Numbered from the stretch's first letter, positions 5,801 to 13,620 are shown. The stretch: 32,000 bases of DNA from Candidatus Iainarchaeum sp. (GCA_028700115.1 JAQVTI010000002.1:49821-81820), one strand, 5' to 3'. The notes: generated from the sequence alone by a model not told the origin. Numbers and translations are program-made.

Positions 5801-7924
5801 TTGTTAATTGTTGTTTGTGTTGCAATGGTTGTAATTATTTTAAACTGGGGAAAAATGTTTACACATGATAGTGTAAAAGTTATAGATTATGCTTCTTTTA
5901 CAGAATCTGATTTAGAAGGTTATGTTTTTGTAAAAAATATATTTGAATCAACTGATGGATCAGATAGTAAATTAATTTTAGATAATAGAAATAAATTAAA
6001 AGATGCAAATATAATTGCATATAAAATATTAGATTTAGACCCTTCTAAATCTGGAATTACAGATATTTATTATGAATATGATACTCCTGTTTTATTACAA
6101 CACGGGCATTCAAAAGATCTAAATGTTATTTGTTTTCCTTCAAATGAGTTTGATATTGAGTTTTATACATCTGATGAAAAATGTTTTAAAGTAAATGTTT
6201 TTGATTCATCTCTTTCTTGTCAATCTTGTTTAAATCTCCCATATTGTGGAGATAGTTCTTGTAATGGAGATGAGACTGCAAACACATGTTATTCTGATTG
6301 TGGAAGTTGTGGAGATGGAATTTGTACATCTGGAGAAGAAAATATGACTTCTTGTTATACAGATTGTGGAACTTGTGGAGATGGAATTTGTACATTTGGA
6401 GAAGAAAATGCTACAACTTGTTATGATGATTGTGGTGAATGTGGAAATTCTATTTTAGAAGGACCAGAGACTTGTGATTCAGATACAGAAAGTTGTACAA
6501 CTTCTGTTTCAGGAATAACTTATGTTGGAACACATACTTGTTTAGGAGATTGTTCTGCATATGGAACTTGTACTACTACTAAATCTTGTGGAGATGGAAT
6601 TTGTCAAAACACAGGTGGAGATGGAGAAACTGTAAGTAATTGTGTAGTTGATTGTCATTCTTGTGGAGATGGTATTTGTAGTGATGGTTATGAAACTGAA
6701 GTTTCTTGCCCTGCAGACTGTTTACAATATACTTGTAGTCTAGGAGATACAGATAATGGTGATGGAACTTGTACTGCTTTAATAGATGCAAGTTATGATA
6801 ATAGTTTAAAATATACCACTTCTAATTTTGATTATGATGCAACTACTGGAGTAGTTAATGGTGGTACTTATGTTTCTGTAGGTTCTTATGAATTTGGAGG
6901 TGCTGCCCCTGCATTATGTGTTTTAGAAGACACTTTAATTAATGTTTTAAGAAATGATGAAGAAAAAGAAATGTTTGTTCAAGATGTTTTATTGTCTGAT
7001 TATATTTTATCTTGGGACTTTAATCAAAATGAATATATATATGTTCCTGTTTTACAAAAATTTAATAATACTATTAATGAATACTATATTATTAATAATA
7101 AATTAAAAGTTACTTCATTACATCCAATATATATTAAAGATAAAGGATTTATTTATCCAGAAGAAATTACATATAATGATTATTTATTAAATAGTAATGG
7201 TGATTTTGAGAAAGTAAATAGTGTTAAATTTGTTGAAAATGTAGATGAAAATATTTATAATTTTGAAACAGGAAATCATTTTTATTTTGCTAATGGTTAT
7301 TTAACACATAATCCAGCACCTATGTCTCCTTATTTATATTATATACATAGATCTTATTTCTTTTTTGATACTTCTTATATTTCTAGTTATGGAACTGTAA
7401 ATTCTGCAGATTTTAAATTTACTGTTAGTCAATATGATGAAATTACTAGTTATAGTTTTATTTTACAAAAAACAGATAATTCAACTTATCCTCATAATCC
7501 TTTACAAACTGGAGATTTTGATGAATCTTATTATAGTGGTAATTTAGGATCTATTTCAAATTCTAGTTTTGGTTCTCCTTCTATTGTTAGTTTAAATTCA
7601 ACAGGACTTACAGAAGTTACAAATAGTTTAGGAGATACTTTTAAATTTGTTTTAAGATCTGATTGTGATGTAGGTCATTCTTGTGATGATGAGCATAAAT
7701 TAGCTTATATTTATAGATATAATTCTGCAAATCCTCCTCAATTAGAAATAACTTATTCCCCTACATCTCAAGTATACTGTGGAAATGGTGTTGTTGAGAC
7801 AGGTGAAGATTGTGAATGTGGTGTGGGTGCTTTTGATATGGGTAATGTAGGGGAAAATAGTTGTGTAAATTATTCTTCTGATACTTGTATAAATTGTGTT
7901 TATACTGGTGGATTTGGTAATTAA
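5801..7924 (+). CDS. large Cys-rich surface protein with a pilin-type N-terminus (interrupted), an embedded Hint/BIL-like domain and a C-terminal cargo domain
   Basis: 707 uninterrupted codons in AT-rich DNA. In-frame upstream ATG at 5750 gives MDYNFNKKAISP*IATVLLIVV..., the same class III signal as the preceding gene but with TAA at 5786-5788. There are repeated CGDGIC...C..DC modules (6245-6721), a Hint domain (6917-7312) and a terminal CGNGVVETGEDCECG motif. The TTG start at 5801 is the track's call and is probably not the biological N-terminus. Confidence 0.75.
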   Translation: MLIVVCVAMVVIILNWGKMFTHDSVKVIDYASFTESDLEGYVFVKNIFESTDGSDSKLILDNRNKLKDANIIAYKILDLDPSKSGITDIYYEYDTPVLLQHGHSKDLNVICFPSNEFDIEFYTSDEKCFKVNVFDSSLSCQSCLNLPYCGDSSCNGDETANTCYSDCGSCGDGICTSGEENMTSCYTDCGTCGDGICTFGEENATTCYDDCGECGNSILEGPETCDSDTESCTTSVSGITYVGTHTCLGDCSAYGTCTTTKSCGDGICQNTGGDGETVSNCVVDCHSCGDGICSDGYETEVSCPADCLQYTCSLGDTDNGDGTCTALIDASYDNSLKYTTSNFDYDATTGVVNGGTYVSVGSYEFGGAAPALCVLEDTLINVLRNDEEKEMFVQDVLLSDYILSWDFNQNEYIYVPVLQKFNNTINEYYIINNKLKVTSLHPIYIKDKGFIYPEEITYNDYLLNSNGDFEKVNSVKFVENVDENIYNFETGNHFYFANGYLTHNPAPMSPYLYYIHRSYFFFDTSYISSYGTVNSADFKFTVSQYDEITSYSFILQKTDNSTYPHNPLQTGDFDESYYSGNLGSISNSSFGSPSIVSLNSTGLTEVTNSLGDTFKFVLRSDCDVGHSCDDEHKLAYIYRYNSANPPQLEITYSPTSQVYCGNGVVETGEDCECGVGAFDMGNVGENSCVNYSSDTCINCVYTGGFGN
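6917..7312 (+). other. Hint (intein/BIL-like) autoprocessing domain, 132 aa, inside the 5801-7924 CDS
   Basis: Block A: C-VLEDTLINVL, with Cys1 at 6917-6919. Block B: VTSLHPIY (TxxH). Terminal blocks: IYNFETGNHFYFANGYLTHN, ending His-Asn at 7307-7312. The next residue is Pro (7313-7315), not Cys/Ser/Thr. Mini-intein size with no endonuclease insert. Confidence 0.75.
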
Positions 7925-7943
7925 TAATATTTTTCTAATTTTT

Positions 7944-7971
7944 AAAAAACTTGTTTTAAAACAAGTTTTTT
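7944..7971 (+). terminator. perfect 28-bp palindrome / hairpin with a T-run after the large surface-protein gene
   Basis: aaaaaacttgtttt|aaaacaagtttttt: a stem of about 10 bp (aaaaaacttg/caagtttttt) with an AT loop, ending in T6. It lies 20 nt after the stop at 7924. Confidence 0.5.
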
Positions 7972-8015
7972 ATTAATGTCTATTTATATATTACATATTA
8001 TATATGTGATTATTT

Positions 8016-9395
8016 ATGAGTTTAGACTTAAAAAAAGAAGATATTGGTAAATTACTTGAAATAAATTTAAAAGAAAAAGCAAAAGATGGAAAACAAATTA
8101 TCCATAAGGGCTTTTTAGTTGAATTTAATTCTAATGATTTAAAAGTAAAATTAGAAGATAATGGTTATAATATAGGAATTGATTTAAAACATATAGAAAA
8201 AATTAATTTCTTAGACAAAAAAGTAACTTTAGGAAAACCTTCTAAAATAAATCTAAAAGAAAACAAAGATTTACCAAATGTTTATTATATAGGAACAGGA
8301 GGAACAATTGGAACACATGTGGACTATAATACAGGTGGAGTTTATATGTGTAGGTCTCCTGAAGAAATAATTTCAACAACTCCAGAAATTGCAAATATAA
8401 TAAATATAAAACAAACTTCTTCTGTTGTTATGAAAGGATCAGAAGACATGACTTTTAATGACTGGGCATTAATTTCAAGTGAAGTTTTTAAAGCTATAAG
8501 TGATTCAAATATAGATGGTGTTATAATTACACATGGAACTGATACTTTAAGTCTAACTGGTTCTGCAATTTCATTTATGATTGAAGGAATAAATAAACCT
8601 GTTTTATTAATTGGAGCACAGAGATCTCCAGATAGAGCTAGTTTTGATGGGTCTATGAATCTAATATGTGCATCTCATTTTATTAAAGAAAAAATACCAG
8701 GTGTATTTACTGTTATGCATGGTTCAATGAATGATGATTTTTGTTATGTTATTAGAAGTACAAAATCTAAAAAAATGCATACTTCTAGAAGAGATTCTTT
8801 TAGAGCAGTAAATGATAAGCCAATTGCTAAAGTTTATAAAAATGGAAAAATTGAATATTTAAAAGATAAAAAAGAATTAATTTTAGAATATCAAAAGAAA
8901 TTTGAAAAACCTGTTTTAAAAAATAAATTTTCTGAAAAAGTAGAAATCATTAAAGCATATCCTTCATCAAATCCAGAAGTTATTGATTTTTTTGTTGAAA
9001 AAGGTTGTAAGGGTTTAATAATTGAAGGAACTGCTTTAGGACATGTTCCTACTTTGTATGATAAAGATAAAGATTCTTATGGAAAAGAAAGTTGGATACC
9101 TTCTATTAAAAAAGCAGTTGAAAAAGGATTAATTATTATTATGACTTCACAGTCTGTTTTTGGAAGAGTTAATAGTAAGGTTTATGCAAATTTAAGATAT
9201 GCAAAAAACGCAGGGGTGAATTATTTAGATTCACACGATATGCTTTGTGATGTTGCTTATATTAAATTAAGTTTAGCTTTAGAAAGATTTAAAGAAAAAC
9301 AAGACGTTTTAGAATACATGAAAACAAATGTTTCTGGTGAGATTTCTGAAAAAGAACTTGCAGATTCATTTGAGAGTTCTTTAGAAAATTTATAA
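8016..9395 (+). CDS. gatD: Glu-tRNA(Gln) amidotransferase subunit D
   Basis: Asparaginase-type motifs GTGGTIGTHVDYNTGGV and ITHGTDT. It has the archaeal GatD N-terminal domain and is immediately followed by gatE. Confidence 0.9.
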   Translation: MSLDLKKEDIGKLLEINLKEKAKDGKQIIHKGFLVEFNSNDLKVKLEDNGYNIGIDLKHIEKINFLDKKVTLGKPSKINLKENKDLPNVYYIGTGGTIGTHVDYNTGGVYMCRSPEEIISTTPEIANIINIKQTSSVVMKGSEDMTFNDWALISSEVFKAISDSNIDGVIITHGTDTLSLTGSAISFMIEGINKPVLLIGAQRSPDRASFDGSMNLICASHFIKEKIPGVFTVMHGSMNDDFCYVIRSTKSKKMHTSRRDSFRAVNDKPIAKVYKNGKIEYLKDKKELILEYQKKFEKPVLKNKFSEKVEIIKAYPSSNPEVIDFFVEKGCKGLIIEGTALGHVPTLYDKDKDSYGKESWIPSIKKAVEKGLIIIMTSQSVFGRVNSKVYANLRYAKNAGVNYLDSHDMLCDVAYIKLSLALERFKEKQDVLEYMKTNVSGEISEKELADSFESSLENL

Positions 9396-9417
9396 ATTTA
9401 AAAAATAATGATTAGAT

Positions 9418-11337
9418 ATGAAAACAATTACAGTGCAAGATATTAAAGACTATAAAGAATATGGTTTAAGATGTGGTTTAGAGATTCATCAACAGTTAGA
9501 TACACATAAACTTTTTTGTAAATGTAAGTCTAAACTTATAAAAGAGGATAGAAAACCTGACAAAATTATAAAAAGAGAACTTAGAGCAGTTTCTTCTGAA
9601 TCTGGAGAAATGGATCTTACTGCAAAAGCTGAAAGTTCAAAGAAAAAAACTTTTATTTATCAATTTTATAATGAATGTAATTGTTTAGTAGAAACTGATT
9701 CACAGCCTCCTTTTCCAATTAATAAAGAAGCACTTGAAACTTCTGTAATTATTTCTAATCTTACACATTCTAATTTAGTAGACAAATCTTATGTTATGAG
9801 AAAACAAGTAGTTGATGGGTCTAATGTTTCTGGTTTTCAGAGAACTACTATGATTTCTACAGATGGATATTTAGATTTTGATTTTGGTAGAGTTAGAATT
9901 GATAAAATTTTATTAGAAGAAGATGCTGCAAGAGCAATTGAGAGAAAAGAAAATGAAGTTATTTATAATCTAGATAGACTAGGAGTTCCTTTAATTGAAC
10001 TTGTTGCTTGGCATGATATTTATACACCTGAAGATGTAAAGAAAGTTGCATTGTATCTTGGACAAATGTTTAGATCTACTGGTCTTACTAAAAGAGGGCT
10101 TGGAACTATTAGACAGGATATAAACATTTCAATTACAAATGGTTCAAGAATAGAACTTAAAGGAACACAAGAACTTGATTTAATTCCTGAGATTGTAAAA
10201 AGAGAAGTTATTAGACAATTAAATTTATTAGAAGTTAAAAAAGAATTAGAAAATAGAAATATTTCAAAAGTTTTTTTAGAAAAAAAAGATATAAGTGATT
10301 TGTTTAAGACTTGTGATTCTAAAATAATCTCACAAGCTTTTAAAAATTCAAAAAAAGTTTATGCTTTTTCTCTAAAAGGTTTTAAAGGAATTATTGGTTT
10401 TGAAGTTCAACCAAACAGAAGAGTTGGAACTGAACTTGCTGGGATTTTAAAAAAGCATACTTCTCTAAAAGGAATATTTCATTCAGATGAACTTCCAAAT
10501 TATGGAATTACAGAAGATTATAAAAAACAAGTTTATAATAATTTAAATTTAGATGAAAATAAGGATGCTTATCTTTTAAGTGTGTGTGATTCTAAAGAAA
10601 TTGATTTAGTTAAAGAACTACTTGAAAACAGATTAAATCAATTACTTAAAGGAATTCCAAAAGAGACTAGAATGGTAAATATTGAAGGAAATTCAGAATA
10701 CCAAAGACCTCTTTCAACTTCTTCTAGAATGTATCCTGAAACTGATTTATTACCAATTACTTTTTCTAAAGAATTTTTAGAAAAAGCAAAATCTAAAATT
10801 CCATTAAGTATAAAAGAAAGACTAGATCTTTATGTAAATAAGTTTAAAATCTCAACTCAGTTAGCAGAAAAAATGAAATTAGACAATTTTGCTCCTTTAT
10901 TTGAGAATTTAGTAAAGTCTACAAAGATCAATCCAACTACTTTGTGTGTTTTCTTACTTGAGGATTTAGTTAAAGCAAGTAGAGATAACAAACTTGATCT
11001 GGATAATTTAGATAAATCTAAAATTATTGAGTTTTTTAAATCTGAAGATATAGAAAAAGTTCCAAAACAAAGACTAATTGATGCATTTATTTATTTTGAA
11101 AATAAAGATGTATCTCTAAAACAAGTAATTAATGATCTAGGACTAGATTCATCAGACATCGATCTTGATAAAATTGTAGATGATGTGTTTAATGATAACT
11201 TAGAGTTTATAAAAAAGCAAGGACTTAGAGCAAGTGGTCTTTTAATGGGTAGAGTGATGTCAAAAACTAAGGGTTTAGTTGATGGGAAAACTGTGTCTGA
11301 GAAAATAAGTTCTAAATTAAAGGATTTTGTTAAATAG
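9418..11337 (+). CDS. gatE: Glu-tRNA(Gln) amidotransferase subunit E
   Basis: GatB/E-family N-terminus (GLRCGLEIHQQL, VDGSNVSGFQRT), an archaeal insertion domain and a YqeY-like tail. 639 aa, 22 nt downstream of gatD. Confidence 0.9.
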   Translation: MKTITVQDIKDYKEYGLRCGLEIHQQLDTHKLFCKCKSKLIKEDRKPDKIIKRELRAVSSESGEMDLTAKAESSKKKTFIYQFYNECNCLVETDSQPPFPINKEALETSVIISNLTHSNLVDKSYVMRKQVVDGSNVSGFQRTTMISTDGYLDFDFGRVRIDKILLEEDAARAIERKENEVIYNLDRLGVPLIELVAWHDIYTPEDVKKVALYLGQMFRSTGLTKRGLGTIRQDINISITNGSRIELKGTQELDLIPEIVKREVIRQLNLLEVKKELENRNISKVFLEKKDISDLFKTCDSKIISQAFKNSKKVYAFSLKGFKGIIGFEVQPNRRVGTELAGILKKHTSLKGIFHSDELPNYGITEDYKKQVYNNLNLDENKDAYLLSVCDSKEIDLVKELLENRLNQLLKGIPKETRMVNIEGNSEYQRPLSTSSRMYPETDLLPITFSKEFLEKAKSKIPLSIKERLDLYVNKFKISTQLAEKMKLDNFAPLFENLVKSTKINPTTLCVFLLEDLVKASRDNKLDLDNLDKSKIIEFFKSEDIEKVPKQRLIDAFIYFENKDVSLKQVINDLGLDSSDIDLDKIVDDVFNDNLEFIKKQGLRASGLLMGRVMSKTKGLVDGKTVSEKISSKLKDFVK

Positions 11338-11358
11338 TTATAAAATAGTGTTTATTTG

Positions 11359-11385
11359 GATATTTTATATAAAAAATATCTTTTT
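11359..11385 (+). terminator. hairpin plus T5 after gatE
   Basis: gatatttt-atataa-aaaatatc (8-bp stem) followed by ttttt. The stem is all weak A/T-rich pairs, so this is tentative. Confidence 0.35.
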
Positions 11386-11411
11386 AAATATTATTATCTT
11401 CTTTTTTAAGT

Positions 11412-12164
11412 ATGGATGCTAAGAAAAAAACTTCTGTTAAAAAAAAAGTTACTAAAAGTGCTTTAAAAAAACCTATTGTTAGAAAAAAAACTTCTGTTCA
11501 AAATAAAGTTAGTGCTTTAAAAAGACCTATTGTTAGAAAAAAAGTAAGTATTAAAAAAAAACCAATTTTAAAAGTTATTTCTAAATCCAAAACTTCTTTA
11601 TCACAACCTATTTTAATAAAAAATATTAATGATCCTTCAGAAGTAAGAAAATTTTATGAAAAGCATTATTCTCATTCAATTAAGAAAAAAAGTTTTTTTG
11701 ATATTTTTTGTAAATCTTTATGGTTTCCTATATGTGTGGTATTTTTTATTATATTTTCTGATTTTATTTTAAAATTAATACTTCATAATTTTTTTTCACC
11801 AGTTGTAATTTATTTTTCAAAGCAAAGTATATATTATGGATTTTTTATTTTATTTATGGCTATACTAGGTTTTGGGGCATATATTTCTTTATCATATGAA
11901 TCTGTTAAAAGAAGTTTTTCTTATAATAATTTTATAAGAAGTTTATTTAAAATTTCTTTAATTTTTTTATTTTGTGAATTAGTATTATTAATTTTTTCAT
12001 ATTTTACTATTTTAGTTCCTTATCTTATTTTATTTGGTTTAAATGGTAATTTATCTTATTTAATTTATTTAATTTTATGGTCTTTTATAAAATTTATTTT
12101 ATTTTTTATAATTTCAATAATTAGTTTTATTCTTTTTTCAAATGTAAATTATAACAGAGGTTAA
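11412..12164 (+). CDS. polytopic membrane protein with a lysine-rich tandem-repeat N-terminal tail
   Basis: N-terminal repeats KKKTSVKKKVTKSALKKPIVR / KKTSVQNKVSALKRPIVR / KKVSIKKKPILK, from 54-60 nt DNA repeats. These are followed by about 4-5 hydrophobic helices. The stop is 3 nt before the HIT gene ATG. Confidence 0.6.
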   Translation: MDAKKKTSVKKKVTKSALKKPIVRKKTSVQNKVSALKRPIVRKKVSIKKKPILKVISKSKTSLSQPILIKNINDPSEVRKFYEKHYSHSIKKKSFFDIFCKSLWFPICVVFFIIFSDFILKLILHNFFSPVVIYFSKQSIYYGFFILFMAILGFGAYISLSYESVKRSFSYNNFIRSLFKISLIFLFCELVLLIFSYFTILVPYLILFGLNGNLSYLIYLILWSFIKFILFFIISIISFILFSNVNYNRG

Positions 12165-12167
12165 TTT

Positions 12168-12680
12168 ATGAGTTCTATGAAAATTTTATTTGCTCCTTGG
12201 AGAGAAGAATACTGGAATTTATCAACAAAACAAGATTCTAAAAATTTAAATAAATGTGTTTTGTGTAATCCTTTAGAAGAAGAATTAATTTTAATTTCTA
12301 AATATTCTTACATTATTTCAAATAAATATCCTTATGCTTCTGGTCATTTATTAGTTTGTCCAAAAAGACATATAAATAATATAAATGATTTAACTTCTAA
12401 GGAAAAAATTGATTTATTTAATTTAATTGATTTAAGTGTTTATGCTTTAAAATTAAGTCTAAAACCAGAAGGATATAATATTGGTTGTTCTGTTGGAAAG
12501 ATTGCAGGAGAGAGTATTAATCATCTTCACTTTCATATCTTACCTAGGTTTAAAGGAGATGTTGGTTGGAATAAGCTTTGTGATTTTGAAGTTATTTCTG
12601 TTTCTCCAGAAAATTTAACTAAAGATTTAAAAAAATTAATTTTAGAAAAAAAGCTAAAAAAGAAATTTGATATAAAATAA
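12168..12680 (+). CDS. HIT-family nucleotide hydrolase/transferase
   Basis: Histidine triad HLHFHILPR, N-terminal APWREEY and NKYPYASGHLLV segments typical of the HIT/Ap4A-phosphorylase-like branch. Confidence 0.85.
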   Translation: MSSMKILFAPWREEYWNLSTKQDSKNLNKCVLCNPLEEELILISKYSYIISNKYPYASGHLLVCPKRHINNINDLTSKEKIDLFNLIDLSVYALKLSLKPEGYNIGCSVGKIAGESINHLHFHILPRFKGDVGWNKLCDFEVISVSPENLTKDLKKLILEKKLKKKFDIK

Positions 12681-12792
12681 GTTTGTTTTTTTAAATTTTT
12701 TTATGTTTTTTTAAATTTTTCTTTTAGCAAATGCTTTTTAAATATAATTAATTATTATATATATAATCTATTTATTTTAGGTGGGGCAAAAT

Positions 12793-13284
12793 ATGTTTAA
12801 GATTTTTAAAAAGACAACTGTTAGACAACATTTAGAGATTGATGATTCATTAATTTCTGAAGCAAAAAAACCAAAAAAAGAAGTTTTCTCAGATTATAAA
12901 AATTATAGAGATAAATCTATTGATTGGTTAAAAGAACATTTAAAAGTTATTGACGAAGTTGTTAATAATAAAAAACTAGGTTCTAAACAACAAGGTAATT
13001 TTATTTTAGATGGTAAAAAGATATATAAGTCAGATATAACTAGAGATTTATTTAATAAGATGTTTGATAATTATACAACTTATTATTTTGCTCTTAAAAG
13101 ATATATTAATGTTAGAAAAGAACTCGAACAAATTGAAAAAATTAAAAATGAAGAATTTTTAGTTGCTGGAAGAGCTAAAGAATATAACACAGAAGCAACT
13201 AATATTGAGCAAGAATTAAATAAATGTTTAAGCAATATTTTTAAATTAAAGCAAAAGATTAAAGAAGAAGTTTATTCTTATTAA
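12793..13284 (+). CDS. hypothetical coiled-coil protein
   Basis: I prefer ATG 12793 (MFKIFKK...) over the track's GTG 12781 because AGGTGG sits 8-13 nt upstream. The C-terminal half is Lys/Glu-rich and helical. No motif recognised. Confidence 0.5.
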   Translation: MFKIFKKTTVRQHLEIDDSLISEAKKPKKEVFSDYKNYRDKSIDWLKEHLKVIDEVVNNKKLGSKQQGNFILDGKKIYKSDITRDLFNKMFDNYTTYYFALKRYINVRKELEQIEKIKNEEFLVAGRAKEYNTEATNIEQELNKCLSNIFKLKQKIKEEVYSY

Positions 13285-13303
13285 TTTTATAAAATATAGA
13301 TTT

Positions 13304-13327
13304 AAAAGGAATTAAATCATTCCTTTT
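13304..13327. terminator. hairpin between convergent genes (candidate bidirectional terminator)
   Basis: aaaaggaat-taaatc-attcctttt: 9-bp perfect stem with a 6-nt loop. The right arm overlaps the last codons of the minus-strand 13312-13512 gene. Confidence 0.3.
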
Positions 13328-13512
13328 GCCATTCCTTTTGCAGATCTTAAACATTTTTTATGCCAGTATTGTCCACCCCATTTTTTATCACAACCAGGTT
13401 TATTACAAAGAGCACAATTTTCGGTAGGATATTTACATGTTGTTAAATCTATTTCTTGAACTTTATTTTTTTCTTCAGTTTTTTCTTTTTTTTTAAATAA
13501 ATTTAATCCCAT
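13312..13512 (-). CDS. small Cys-rich (zinc-ribbon-like) protein
   Basis: 66 aa. Lys/Glu-rich N-terminus, then C-x6-C-x2-C-x4-C ... H-x2-C (CKYPTENCALCNKPGCDKKWGGQYWHKKC). It lies 35 nt downstream of tRNA-Gln on the same strand. Confidence 0.5.
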   Translation of the reverse strand: MGLNLFKKKEKTEEKNKVQEIDLTTCKYPTENCALCNKPGCDKKWGGQYWHKKCLRSAKGMAKGMI

Positions 13513-13547
13513 ATTTCTTTTCCTTTAAATTATTTTTAAATATTAAA

Positions 13548-13620
13548 TAGTCCGGAGGAGATTCGAACTCCTGTCGCCAGGTTCAAAGCCTGAAATGCTT
13601 GGCCACTACACTACCGGACT
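13548..13620 (-). tRNA. tRNA-Gln (anticodon UUG)
   Basis: Hand-folded cloverleaf: AGTCCGG TA GTGT AGTGGCCAA GCAT T TCAGG CTTTGAA CCTGG CGAC AGGAG TTCGAAT CTCCT CCGGACT A. The 7-bp acceptor stem starts with A1:U72. The anticodon loop CT-TTG-AA gives UUG. No encoded CCA, and a T-run follows. Confidence 0.9.

Noticed and set aside
6186-6791. Two minus-strand ORFs (6186-6395 and 6579-6791), rich in His/Lys/Tyr
   Set aside because: They are the antisense reading of the Cys-module repeats (GCA/ACA/TCC codons). Their repetitive HLHKFHN pattern just mirrors the sense-strand repeat.
6917-7312. Canonical self-splicing intein
   Set aside because: The +1 residue is Pro rather than Cys/Ser/Thr. The host is a variable surface protein rather than a conserved enzyme active site, and there is no homing endonuclease. 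A BIL-like Hint domain fits better.
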